Position numbers and translations under genes: made by a program. Source: Armatimonadota bacterium (GTDB lineage Bacteria; Armatimonadota; UBA5829; DTLH01). From it: 64,000 nt of DNA. The notes under the pieces were generated by a model, which did no database searches, had not been told where the DNA came from, and saw only the letters and a list, made by a program, of their open reading frames with translations. Numbering within the stretch: the first letter of the stretch is position 1; each line of letters begins with the position of its first letter. Positions 10,878 through 20,032 of the stretch are shown piece after piece. The DNA lies in NCBI GenBank assembly GCA_039680575.1, contig JBDKSP010000023.1, positions 1 to 64,000 on the forward strand. Reading direction: 5' to 3'.

Positions 10878-10937
10878 GAAAAGTATAAATACTGATGGCT
10901 GTCAGCTGTCAGCTGACAGCTCCCTATGGAGATATTA

Positions 10938-11942
10938 ATGAAACGAATGCTTGTTACCGGCGGAGCCGGTTTTATAGGAAGCAATTACGTAAGATACGCG
11001 CTGAACAAGTATACGGATTACCAGATTACAGTGCTGGATGCGCTCACGTATGCGGGAAACCTCGACAACCTGGCTGACCTTTCCGGTCCCAGGATGGATT
11101 TCATCAAGGGCGATATCAGGAACAAGGAAGATGTGGATGGACCTGTGCATGACGCCGATCTTGTCGTAAACTTTGCGGCGGAATCGTTCGTTGACCGGTC
11201 GATCCTCGAGCCCGATTCATTCATCACGACGGATGTGCTCGGCACCCATGTTCTCCTCGAAGCCGCCAGAAAATACGGCGTGGAGCGGTTCCTGCATGTA
11301 TCTACGGATGAGGTCTACGGCGATATCGCTGAGGGATCATCTCCCGAAACCGCGCCTATCCGCCCGAACAGCCCATATTCCGCGAGTAAAGCCGGCGGCG
11401 ACATTCTGGTCAGGTCGTATTTCGTAACTTATGGCCTTCCGGTAGTCATAACCCGCGGCTCGAACACCTACGGCCCGTATCAGCACCCGGAAAAGCTGAT
11501 CCCGCTATTCGTAACAAACGCAATTGACGGCAAGCAACTGCCTGTCTACGGAGACGGCAAGCAAATCCGAGACTGGCTGCATGTTATGGACCATTGCCTG
11601 GGAATCGACACGGTGCTCCACAATGGCGTCGTTGGAGAGGCATATAACGTCGGCGGCGGGAATGAGCGGACGAATATGGAAATCACGAGCCTCATTCTGA
11701 AGTATCTGGACAAGCCTGCGAGCCTCATCAAGTATGTGGCGGACCGTCCGGGACACGACAGAAGGTACTCAGTGGATACCACCAAACTCCGTGAGATCGG
11801 CTGGAAACCGCGGCATCCGTTCGAAGAAGGGCTGAAGGACACAGTCGAGTGGTACCGCGACAACCAGGACTGGTGGAGAAAAGCCAAAGAGCAGAAAGAG
11901 TATCAGCGGTTCTCCGAAGAGTGGTACGAGAAGCGGAAATAA
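10938..11942 (+). CDS. rmlB: dTDP-glucose 4,6-dehydratase
   Basis: TGGAGFIGSN, DALTYAGN, STDEVYG, YSASK, DRPGHDRRY. Confidence 0.95.
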   Translation: MKRMLVTGGAGFIGSNYVRYALNKYTDYQITVLDALTYAGNLDNLADLSGPRMDFIKGDIRNKEDVDGPVHDADLVVNFAAESFVDRSILEPDSFITTDVLGTHVLLEAARKYGVERFLHVSTDEVYGDIAEGSSPETAPIRPNSPYSASKAGGDILVRSYFVTYGLPVVITRGSNTYGPYQHPEKLIPLFVTNAIDGKQLPVYGDGKQIRDWLHVMDHCLGIDTVLHNGVVGEAYNVGGGNERTNMEITSLILKYLDKPASLIKYVADRPGHDRRYSVDTTKLREIGWKPRHPFEEGLKDTVEWYRDNQDWWRKAKEQKEYQRFSEEWYEKRK

Positions 11943-11973
11943 CTGTCAGCTATCAGCAGATGTAGCTACAAGT

Positions 11974-11998
11974 GGCCGGGCTCTGTCCCGGCCTTTTT
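11974..11998 (+). terminator. Rho-independent terminator after rmlB
   Basis: GGCCGGG-loop-CCCGGCC-TTTTT. Confidence 0.8.
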
Positions 11999-12147
11999 AT
12001 TGTACGCCAGTAATCACTCGCTTTCTGACCGGATAGCAGGTACAGTCTGGCAAGAAGCGGCAAACATGCGATTTTGAAGGCTGGCAGGTGTTAAATCCGG
12101 TAGGTGCGGGGAAAAAGCGCCTTTATGTGTGCTATTTATAGAGTTTG

Positions 12148-12218
12148 TATGCTTCGAGACCGCTTTTCGTCCTACCCCGTGGGCACACGGGGAGAAGCAC
12201 AACGCTCCTCATATCCCT
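12148..12218 (-). repeat. Family B palindromic element copy carrying an inserted CCCCGTG...CACGGGG mini-palindrome
   Basis: Reverse complement closely matches 42861-42915. Confidence 0.8.
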
Positions 12219-12245
12219 AATCCTATTGAATCCGGTAGTTGTGCA

Positions 12246-12279
12246 AAAGAGGAGAGGCCGTAAACGGCCTCTCCTCTTT
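12246..12279. terminator. Bidirectional terminator downstream of the SLH gene
   Basis: AAAGAGGAGAGGCCG-TAAA-CGGCCTCTCCTCTTT, 15-bp stem. Confidence 0.85.
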
Positions 12280-12307
12280 ATTTTCAGTTAAACAGTCGAT
12301 ATTCAGA

Positions 12308-14254
12308 CTAGAATCTAGCCTTGAACTGAGCGACTGCAACCGAGCCCTTATAATCAGCGGTTCCGTAAGGACATACTGTTCCAGACGGATCGTAATCGAT
12401 TATCTGGTAGCCGATATTGAAACCGGCGCTCGGGTTGATCTGATAACCCCAACCGATTGTCAGGTATGTCTCGTCGGTGTCATCTGCACCAACACCGTCC
12501 GGGCTCCATCGTACGAACTCATAACCAAGGTTAAGGGAGTTCGCCGTTGAGACGCCCCAGCGGAGTCCGAGGTCAGCCTTCCACAGATCGTCATCGGTTG
12601 TATCCATCACGTCAACGAGTGTAGGTACGTCATTGGCGCCAGAGTAGAAGGCACCGTTGGCAACCACGTTAACGTTCGGGATGATCGGGTATGCAAGGTT
12701 CACATATGGGCCCTCGACGTTTGTCGGGTTAGTCCACATACCTACCTTTTCCCAGTAACCAGGAGCGGTGAAGTTGTTCTCGACCTGTCTCCAACCGAGC
12801 TTGGCGCTAAGCTTGCCAAGGCCGAAGCCTATGTTGCCATCGATAGCTGTGTTGTTGTCATCGACGTCGGCTACACCGGCATCACCGGTTGTCTTGGTCT
12901 GAGTGTATTCAGCACCGACCATGAAGTTACCAAACAGCCACCTACCGTCGGCACCCATGATGTCCACGGTGTCGTAGGATGTTGCAAGCCCTGTTACAGC
13001 AGTTGTTGCGACAGGACCGGCAGCCTGTATGAAGGTCAGACCCAGGTTACCCTGGAAGGGTGTGCCGAATCTTACCTGTGTGCCGGCTGCCTGGTTGATG
13101 GTCGCAAGACCACCAGCGGCGTGTCCACCGGCCACGTTGAACGGAGCGCCAGCGACTGCCGGGGTGATACCGTCTGCGCTGTCGTCATAGAGAGCGATTG
13201 TCGGCTGGGAAACAAGTCCTGCGCCGAGAACGCTGTTGTTGTTTGTCTTGGCTGCGAACGAGTTCACGCTCACACTGCCGAATTTCCAGGCCATTGCTAC
13301 GCCGTCAAGCGGGTAATCGCCGGAATCTGTGATCTTGATGTTGGTGTAGCTGTCTACATCGATCTTCTTCATGGTGTAGGGTGTGTACTGAACGGGGATG
13401 CGTCCTACTTTGAGGGCACCCTTGCCTAACCCTGCCTGCACGTACATATAGTACGGGAAGAAGTCATCACCGGCGGACCCTGACGGACGGACTGTGCCGA
13501 CATAGTCGGTCACGGTACCGCCGAGGTACACTGGGATGTAGTTGCCGTAGTTGATGTCGGTGACTATGTTGACCGACGGAGCAAGGCTGCCGTTGATCCC
13601 CAGGTCCATGTTGCGGACGAAGTCAATTGAGTTGACCAGGTCGCCGCCAGCAGGGCCTTCGGGCTGGAATGCGCGGCCGTCCAGATCGAACGGAGCATTG
13701 GTGTCAACGCTCGTTGCGATTGCGAACGGGTCGATCTCGCCGGTAATTTTTACTCTCTGCTGCTCTTTCTCGATAGCATCAACGCGAGCTGCGAGTGAAG
13801 CAACGTCTCTCTTGAGAGTGTCGACATCTACGCCAAGGGCTGCGAGCTCATCACGGAACTCGTTTACCAGCCTCTGGATAGAAGCAAGCTGCTCCTGTGT
13901 AACTCCAGCAGCTGCAGCAGGCTTCTGCTCCAGAGCGCTTACGCGCTGCTCGAGCTTGTTGACCTGCTCAGGTGTCACGCCACTGGTCATTGTCCCGACT
14001 GACTCCATGACTTTCTGCTCGATTACAGGAATCATTCTAGCAACAGCAACGGCGAACTCATAGCGAGTCATAGCCCTGCGGCCACCAAATGTGCCATCAG
14101 GATAGCCAATAACTATCCCAGCTTCCTGCAGCTCATTGACTGCATCGTATGCCCAATGATCTGTAGGAACGTCGGCGAACGGGCCCTGGGCAAATGCGTA
14201 TGATGCAACAAGCATCAACCCCAAGACGAATACGCCAAGTAGAACTTTCTTCAT
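12308..14254 (-). CDS. SLH-domain outer-membrane beta-barrel protein (OmpM/SlpA-type)
   Basis: Signal peptide; SLH motif FADVPTDHWAYDAV...GYPDGTF..MTRYEFA; coiled coil EFRDELAALGV; beta-strand-rich C-terminus ending in Phe; AAGGAGG RBS. Confidence 0.88.
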   Translation of the reverse strand: MKKVLLGVFVLGLMLVASYAFAQGPFADVPTDHWAYDAVNELQEAGIVIGYPDGTFGGRRAMTRYEFAVAVARMIPVIEQKVMESVGTMTSGVTPEQVNKLEQRVSALEQKPAAAAGVTQEQLASIQRLVNEFRDELAALGVDVDTLKRDVASLAARVDAIEKEQQRVKITGEIDPFAIATSVDTNAPFDLDGRAFQPEGPAGGDLVNSIDFVRNMDLGINGSLAPSVNIVTDINYGNYIPVYLGGTVTDYVGTVRPSGSAGDDFFPYYMYVQAGLGKGALKVGRIPVQYTPYTMKKIDVDSYTNIKITDSGDYPLDGVAMAWKFGSVSVNSFAAKTNNNSVLGAGLVSQPTIALYDDSADGITPAVAGAPFNVAGGHAAGGLATINQAAGTQVRFGTPFQGNLGLTFIQAAGPVATTAVTGLATSYDTVDIMGADGRWLFGNFMVGAEYTQTKTTGDAGVADVDDNNTAIDGNIGFGLGKLSAKLGWRQVENNFTAPGYWEKVGMWTNPTNVEGPYVNLAYPIIPNVNVVANGAFYSGANDVPTLVDVMDTTDDDLWKADLGLRWGVSTANSLNLGYEFVRWSPDGVGADDTDETYLTIGWGYQINPSAGFNIGYQIIDYDPSGTVCPYGTADYKGSVAVAQFKARF

Positions 14255-14263
14255 TATCTTCCT

Positions 14264-14420
14264 CCTTGAATGTCTCTTCGACTTGGCTGGAGGACTGCAG
14301 CGCATTCGAGTCTTACACGGCCAGTATCCAAAGTTTCCTACCCGTGAGATAGACTCGATACGTCTTTTTGTTCCTCCAAGCCTATTACTATCGCCCGACG
14401 GTTCTTCAGGCCATTCAAGG
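14264..14420 (-). promoter_or_regulatory. Long rod-like structured 5' leader of the SLH gene
   Basis: Nested complementary blocks CCTTGAATG/CATTCAAGG, TGGAGGA/TCCTCCA, TCGAGTCT/AGACTCGA, CACGG/CCGTG. Confidence 0.65.
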
Positions 14421-14572
14421 TTTTTCACCTCCCTTCCCACCTGTCCGTCTTGAGCGCGATAGCCACTTTTAAGCCTAACGATTGAGCTTGCACGCTAAGC
14501 TTTTCATTAGCTACTGACGCAGGCAGGCTTGCTTGATTACCTCCATCCCAAAAATATTTGGAAAATAATCTA

Positions 14573-14727
14573 AGAGTTTCGAGTAATGATGTAACAATCT
14601 TACGGACGCATAACCAGTCACTGATAATGCTGTATCTATTGATTTTACACCTACACTCGAAACTCTCCCGGAAGGAGTTTTGGCTGAAACAATGTTTTAT
14701 ACTCGCAAATCCGCTTGCCAAAACTCT
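14573..14727. mobile_element. MITE-like two-hairpin element (family A, long form)
   Basis: AGAGTTTC...GAAACTCT-CCCGGAA-GGAGTTTTGGC...GCCAAAACTCT, flanked by TA; homologous to 17561-17706. Confidence 0.7.
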
Positions 14728-15028
14728 GTATATTGACTGCCTAGTTTGTCAGGCTATTTAAGGATTTTCAGGTGAGTTCAAGATGAGCGCAAACCATCAC
14801 ATTAACTCATCACCTGAAAGTTTATATACTACTTCCCCTCAAGCTAAAGCGCTAAACCCGGAGCCTGCCGGAGCCTATTTGAAAAGAGATTCGAAATTTG
14901 AAGGATATTGGCCGGATTGCGGCTAATTGAATATGGAACACATCGATGGTACCGCGTAGGCATAGATTTTTGGTAATAGTTGGCATACGATTGGTTATTA
15001 TGAAAATAGTCGAAAATCAACAGGTGAT

Positions 15029-16360
15029 ATGATGAAATCTCGATTGCTTATTCTGGGAATTCTCGCACTTGCAGTTATCGCTCTGGTTCTGCCGGTATAT
15101 GCAGCTAACGCACCGGTCCATGTACTTAAGCTCGACGGCCCCATTGAGCCCACAATAGCCCAGTACATCATATCGGGCATAGAAAGAGCCGAGAGTGAGC
15201 GGGCTGCCGCCGTCGTAATTCAGATGGACACGCCTGGCGGGCTTCTTACGTCCACGACGGATATAGTCAGGACGATGCTGGAATCGCGCGTGCCGGTGAT
15301 CGTCTATGTATCCCCCAAGACGGCGCGTGCAGCATCTGCAGGCACCTTCATCACGCTCGCATCGAATATCGCCGTTATGGCACCGGATACCAGGATCGGG
15401 TCTGCCCACCCGGTTATGATAACCCCTGGAGGCAACTCAGAGGGTTCGGACAACGTCATGATGGAAAAGGTTGTAAACGACTCAGTTTCGTTCATTAAGT
15501 CGATTGCCAAGGAACGCGGCAGGAACGAAGCGTGGGCTGAAGCTGCAGTCAGAAAATCGGCCAATATCACAGCGGAAGAAGCCGTCAAGAAGAATGTCGT
15601 GGACTTCATCGCCGTAAATATGCAGGACCTGCTGAACAAGTCCGACGGCAGGACAGTCATGACAAAAACCGGAGATGTGACACTTTCCGTAAAAAACGCG
15701 CCGGTCGTGGAATTCGACATGCCATGGTATAAGCTGCTCCTGCACTATCTGGCCGATTCGAATGTCTCGTTTATCCTGCTTCTTCTTGCCATCTATGGGA
15801 TTATTTTCGAAATACAGACCCCCGGAGCCACGCTTCCCGGCGTCATCGGTGTGGTTTCGTTTATTCTTTTCCTGTATTCTCTCAGCGTGCTGCCGGTAAA
15901 CTTCTCCGGGCTTCTTCTGGTGATTATCGGAATCGGAATGATGATCGCCGACATCAAGATCGTAAGCCACGGTGTTTTAAGCATCGGAGGGGTCTTATCG
16001 TTCTTCTTCGGTGTGTTGATACTCTTCGGAAGCAGGTCGCCTGAGTTCAGAATATCCATGACGCTCCTTATCGCCGGAACACTGGTCACAGCCGCGTTCT
16101 TTATATTCCTTGTCGGGTTGGGAGTGCGCGCGCTGATGCGCCCCGTGGTAACGGGAAGAGAAGGTGTCGTAGGCCGGGTGCTGCTGGCAAAAACCGACAT
16201 CGCACCGACCGGAAAGGTCTTTACGGAAGGTGCCTGGTGGACAGCCGAAACCACCGGAGAACCGATCAACAAAGGAGATGCAATCAGAATTGTCGGTATG
16301 GACGGCCTTAAGATGATAGTCGTCAAAGAAAGTGATAAATCAAAGGAGGAGTTGGCGTAA
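15029..16360 (+). CDS. nfeD: NfeD family membrane-bound serine protease (ClpP class)
   Basis: DTPGG, RAASAGTFI, GSAHPV, TM region, C-terminal OB domain; precedes a stomatin gene. Confidence 0.92.
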   Translation: MMKSRLLILGILALAVIALVLPVYAANAPVHVLKLDGPIEPTIAQYIISGIERAESERAAAVVIQMDTPGGLLTSTTDIVRTMLESRVPVIVYVSPKTARAASAGTFITLASNIAVMAPDTRIGSAHPVMITPGGNSEGSDNVMMEKVVNDSVSFIKSIAKERGRNEAWAEAAVRKSANITAEEAVKKNVVDFIAVNMQDLLNKSDGRTVMTKTGDVTLSVKNAPVVEFDMPWYKLLLHYLADSNVSFILLLLAIYGIIFEIQTPGATLPGVIGVVSFILFLYSLSVLPVNFSGLLLVIIGIGMMIADIKIVSHGVLSIGGVLSFFFGVLILFGSRSPEFRISMTLLIAGTLVTAAFFIFLVGLGVRALMRPVVTGREGVVGRVLLAKTDIAPTGKVFTEGAWWTAETTGEPINKGDAIRIVGMDGLKMIVVKESDKSKEELA

Positions 16361-17118
16361 TGTTATTTGTGGGAATCCTGGTAATTGCCGTTGCATTGAT
16401 AATCATGAGCGCGATCAGGATTATCAGAGAGTGGGAGAGGGGCGTACTGCTCAGACTGGGACGGTTTCACTCGGTCAAAACCCCGGGTGTCAGATTCGTC
16501 TGGCCTGTCATCGACAAGCTGTGGGTTACGGACCTCAGGATCGTGACAATGGATGTCGCAAAGCAGGAAATGATGACCACTGACAATGTCCCAGTAACAG
16601 TGGATGCAGTCATCTATTTCCAGATCGTCAACGCGGAGTCCGCCATCATAAAGGTTGAGAATTACGTAAAGGCAACTTATTTGATCGCGCAGACTACACT
16701 GAGAAGCGTGGTCGGACAGTCGGAACTGGACGAACTCCTCGCACAGCGCGACAAATTGAACATGCAACTCCAGACGATCATCGACGAACAGACCGAGCCT
16801 TGGGGAATCAAGGTAACGGCTGTCGAGATCAGGGATGTCGTGCTGCCTGAGAGCATGAAGCGCGCGATGGCAAGACAGGCAGAAGTCGAAAGAGAGCGCC
16901 GCGCCAAAATCATCAACGCCGAAGGCGAATTCCAGGCCGCTCAGAAACTATCCGATGCGGCGCTCATTATCGGCCAGCATCCTGAGGCACTTCAGCTCAG
17001 GTATCTGCAGACTCTGACAGAGGTTGCGGCAGAACACAACTCAACAACGCTTTTCCCAATACCTATCGATCTTCTCACGCCGTTCTTGAAGAAGATTACA
17101 GCCGGTAAGGAAGAATAA
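16360..17118 (+). CDS. Stomatin/slipin SPFH domain protein
   Basis: ERGVLLRLGR, AQTTLRSVVG, MARQAEVERERRAKII.AEGE, ALQLRYLQTL. Confidence 0.93.
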   Translation: MLFVGILVIAVALIIMSAIRIIREWERGVLLRLGRFHSVKTPGVRFVWPVIDKLWVTDLRIVTMDVAKQEMMTTDNVPVTVDAVIYFQIVNAESAIIKVENYVKATYLIAQTTLRSVVGQSELDELLAQRDKLNMQLQTIIDEQTEPWGIKVTAVEIRDVVLPESMKRAMARQAEVERERRAKIINAEGEFQAAQKLSDAALIIGQHPEALQLRYLQTLTEVAAEHNSTTLFPIPIDLLTPFLKKITAGKEE

Positions 17119-17560
17119 ACTTCAAAAGAGTGTATCTGTTTTGCAAATAATCTCTAAAAGCCGGGCAAATGTACGGTAATAAATAATTAGATAAAGCCCG
17201 CTGCGGCATGGCGGATTGTTGAGACGGTCGCTGCCGGTTAGCGGGCTTATATTTGCAATACGGAACGCCGCACCCGACTCACTCAGCTCGCCCTAACGCG
17301 GCGCTCCGTATTGCATTATTCCCCCGGAATATCCCAGTAATTTTCACACTATATGTGGCACGGTTCTTGCGTCTACTATTTACAGGATACAACAAGCATC
17401 CATTCTTCTCCAAAACGTGAGGCCTTTTCTTTTCCGTTAACACCCGCCAAGGATGGGCGGGTAATTTTTTGTACAGGACATCAATCAGCGTAAGCCCTCG
17501 TCCCATCTCGTTTTATCTCTTTCTTCCTTTCACGTTTTCGTGATAAAATCTCCATGCTAA

Positions 17561-17706
17561 AGAGTTTCAGGTAATGGTGTAACAGTCCCGCGGACACATA
17601 ACCAGTCACGGATAATGCTGCATCTATTTTTTTACGCTTACACTCGAAACTCTCCCGGAAGAGTTTTGGCTGAAATGATATTCGTTACACCAACTGCCAA
17701 AACTCT
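17561..17706. mobile_element. MITE-like two-hairpin element (family A, long form)
   Basis: Same ends, linker and internal sequence as 14573-14727; TA at or within 1 nt of both ends. Confidence 0.7.
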
Positions 17707-17723
17707 GTAGAAGGAGGCGGAAG

Positions 17724-19382
17724 ATGTCGAAATATACGCTTGGAATTGATTTCGGGACCCTTTCAGGGCGCGCGGTGCTAGTCGATGCCGAAAATGGGCG
17801 GGAAACGGCAACATCGGTCTATGAATATGCCCACAAGGTTATAGATGACCGCCTGCCGGAGACAAACGAGAAGCTTCCACCGGACTGGGCGCTTCAGGAC
17901 CCGGCGGATTACCTTAGGACATTGGTTTTGACCGTTCCGGACGTTCTGAAGAAGGCAAAAGTTTCGCCAGCGGATGTAATCGGGATAGGTATCGACTTTA
18001 CGGCCTGCACCTTGATCCCGATCGATGCGAACCGCCAGCCTCTTTCTTTCGACCCCAGGTGGAAGAAGAACCCTCATGCCTGGACCAAGCTGTGGAAACA
18101 TCATGCCGCCCAACCCGAAGCGAACCGGATAAACGAACTCGCGCAAGAGATGAGCGAGCCCTGGCTGGAGCGCTACGGCGGCAAAATATCGTCCGAGTGG
18201 TTCTTCTCAAAGACGCTGCAGATATTAAACGAAGCTCCTGAGGTCTACGAAGCTGCCGATAAGCTGATCGAAGCCGGCGACTGGGTAGTGATGATCCTTA
18301 CCGGGAAGGAATGCCGGAATGCCTGCGCTGCGGGCTACAAGGCCACCTGGTCCAAACGCGAGGGTTACCCGTCGAAGGAGTTCCTGAAGGCGCTTCATCC
18401 CAGACTGGAAAATGTGGTGGATGAGAAGATGTCGTGCGATATCTATCCCGTAGGCACCAAGGCCGGTGATCTTCTGCCTGAGATGGCGGAGCGCATGGGG
18501 CTTTGCCCCGGGACAGCGGTATCCGTGGCCTCGATAGACGCGCACGTGGCGCTCCCTGCAGCGACTGTTACGGAACCTGGCAAGATGGTGATGATTATGG
18601 GAACGTCCACTTGCCTTATGGCGCTCGGTAATGAGCCGGTAATCGTCCCAGGAACAAGCGGGTACGTCGAAGACGGCATCATCCCAGGCTACATCGGGTT
18701 CGAGGCCGGCCAGGCCTGCGGTGGAGACCACCTGGCGTGGTTCGTCGAGAACTGTGTTCCGGTCGAATACTCTGCTGAAGCAAAAGAACGAGGAATTTCC
18801 GTCCATGACCTGCTTTCGGAGAAAGCGGCGAAGCTCGAGCCCGGCGAAAGCGGGCTGATCGCGCTGGACTGGTGGAACGGAAACCGCTCCGTGCTTGTGG
18901 ATACGGACCTTACAGGGATGATACTCGGCCTGACGCTCTCAACGAAGCCTGAAGAGGCGTATCGCGCGCTGATAGAGGCTACGGCATTCGGAACGAGGAT
19001 GATAATCGACACCTACGAAGCCCACGGAGTCGAAATTAACGAGCTTTATGCCTGCGGAGGGCTGGTGGAGCGAAACCCTGTGCTGATGCAGATATACTCG
19101 GACGTGACAGGCCGGGAACTGAAGATAGCTGCATCGTCACAGACAGTCGCGCTCGGTTCCGCGATATTCGGAGCGCTCGCGGCTGGAAAAGCGGCAGGAG
19201 GATATGACAACGTAGCTGAAGCCGTAAAACATATGGCTCATGTGAAAGAAGAGATGTATCATCCGTCGGCAAAGGGCCACGAGGTCTACACGAGGCTTTA
19301 CGAAGAGTACAAAACCCTGCACGATTACTTCGGACGCGGCGCAAACGACGTGATGAAACGCCTGAAAGCGTTCAGAAAGTAA
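17724..19382 (+). CDS. araB: L-ribulokinase
   Basis: GIDFGTLSGRA, LWKHHAAQ, YGGKISSEW, IDAH, DWWNGNRSVLVD. Confidence 0.9.
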   Translation: MSKYTLGIDFGTLSGRAVLVDAENGRETATSVYEYAHKVIDDRLPETNEKLPPDWALQDPADYLRTLVLTVPDVLKKAKVSPADVIGIGIDFTACTLIPIDANRQPLSFDPRWKKNPHAWTKLWKHHAAQPEANRINELAQEMSEPWLERYGGKISSEWFFSKTLQILNEAPEVYEAADKLIEAGDWVVMILTGKECRNACAAGYKATWSKREGYPSKEFLKALHPRLENVVDEKMSCDIYPVGTKAGDLLPEMAERMGLCPGTAVSVASIDAHVALPAATVTEPGKMVMIMGTSTCLMALGNEPVIVPGTSGYVEDGIIPGYIGFEAGQACGGDHLAWFVENCVPVEYSAEAKERGISVHDLLSEKAAKLEPGESGLIALDWWNGNRSVLVDTDLTGMILGLTLSTKPEEAYRALIEATAFGTRMIIDTYEAHGVEINELYACGGLVERNPVLMQIYSDVTGRELKIAASSQTVALGSAIFGALAAGKAAGGYDNVAEAVKHMAHVKEEMYHPSAKGHEVYTRLYEEYKTLHDYFGRGANDVMKRLKAFRK

Positions 19383-19415
19383 TTCTTATCGCTGGCGGCT
19401 ATTGCGGCAGAGCGC

Positions 19416-19683
19416 AGGGATTAGTGGAGAATCGTGCTTCGGGACGAAAAGCATACAAGCATAAAAAAAGGGCATGGATGCCCTGGAGAATGGGGACCGG
19501 GGCATGGATCCCCCGGTCCATCAGATACTGGCGTCCACAACGTCATGCTGAACTTGATTCAGCATCCAGGAAAGCTTATCAAATTGGTGGAAGATTGTGT
19601 TTCGGGACGAACTGCGGTCCCGAAACATATGAAAAAATCTCCACCTTCCGCGTTTCCCATTATTCCGCGTCTCCGCGGTTCAA
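19416..19683. repeat. Composite of family B modules, a GTCATGCTGAAC REP and a CGCGGA-repeat module
   Basis: 19469-19524 matches the reverse complement of 53776-53831; 19585-19683 matches the reverse complement of 36613-36728; REP at 19541-19567. Confidence 0.8.
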
Positions 19684-19693
19684 ATACTGACGG

Positions 19694-19891
19694 CTATTCC
19701 TCCTCCTCTTCTTCCTTGGGTGTAAAGTGTTCCTGCGCGCCTTCGGTCTGGGCTATCTCCCAGGCTTCATCTTCCGTTAGCTCTTTGTCTTTTACTACCT
19801 GCTCGACTTTGACTCTGTCAGCTTCTTCATCGAGTGCGCGTTTTGCGCGCTCCTCGGTCTCCGTATATTTTTTCTGCCTGTCATCCGCCAT
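19694..19891 (-). CDS. Small acidic hydrophilic hypothetical protein (65 aa)
   Basis: ATG after a GAGGA RBS; MADDRQKK...EEEEEE. Confidence 0.6.
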   Translation of the reverse strand: MADDRQKKYTETEERAKRALDEEADRVKVEQVVKDKELTEDEAWEIAQTEGAQEHFTPKEEEEEE

Positions 19892-19974
19892 AATATCACG
19901 TCCTCTGCTCGATTTGAGCTTTGTAATAAGTGTAACCCTAAGCCCAAATGAATAAACCGCGGCAGATATAAAAA

Positions 19975-20005
19975 ATGGGCCATGGGAGTTAACCCCATGA
20001 CCCAT
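19975..20005. terminator. Hairpin terminator after the RND operon
   Basis: ATGGGCCATGGG...CCCATGACCCAT, followed by a T-run on the minus strand. Confidence 0.65.
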
Positions 20006-20032
20006 GTGAGTCTATTATTTACAGCTGGTAGG

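Noticed and set aside
10895..10920. 7-nt GCTGTCA tandem units (also 11943-11957 and 36759-36770)
   Set aside because: Too short to call as a separate element; noted only as possible remnants
14255..14440. 62-aa N-terminal extension of the SLH ORF, and similar extensions at 2962, 7873 and 63777
   Set aside because: Downstream starts have better RBS, signal-peptide or domain boundaries; the extensions look non-coding
19424..19955. ORFs 19424-19690, 19434-19955 and 53662-53922 sharing a GHGCPGEW peptide
   Set aside because: The similarity comes from translating the family B DNA repeat, not from a protein family
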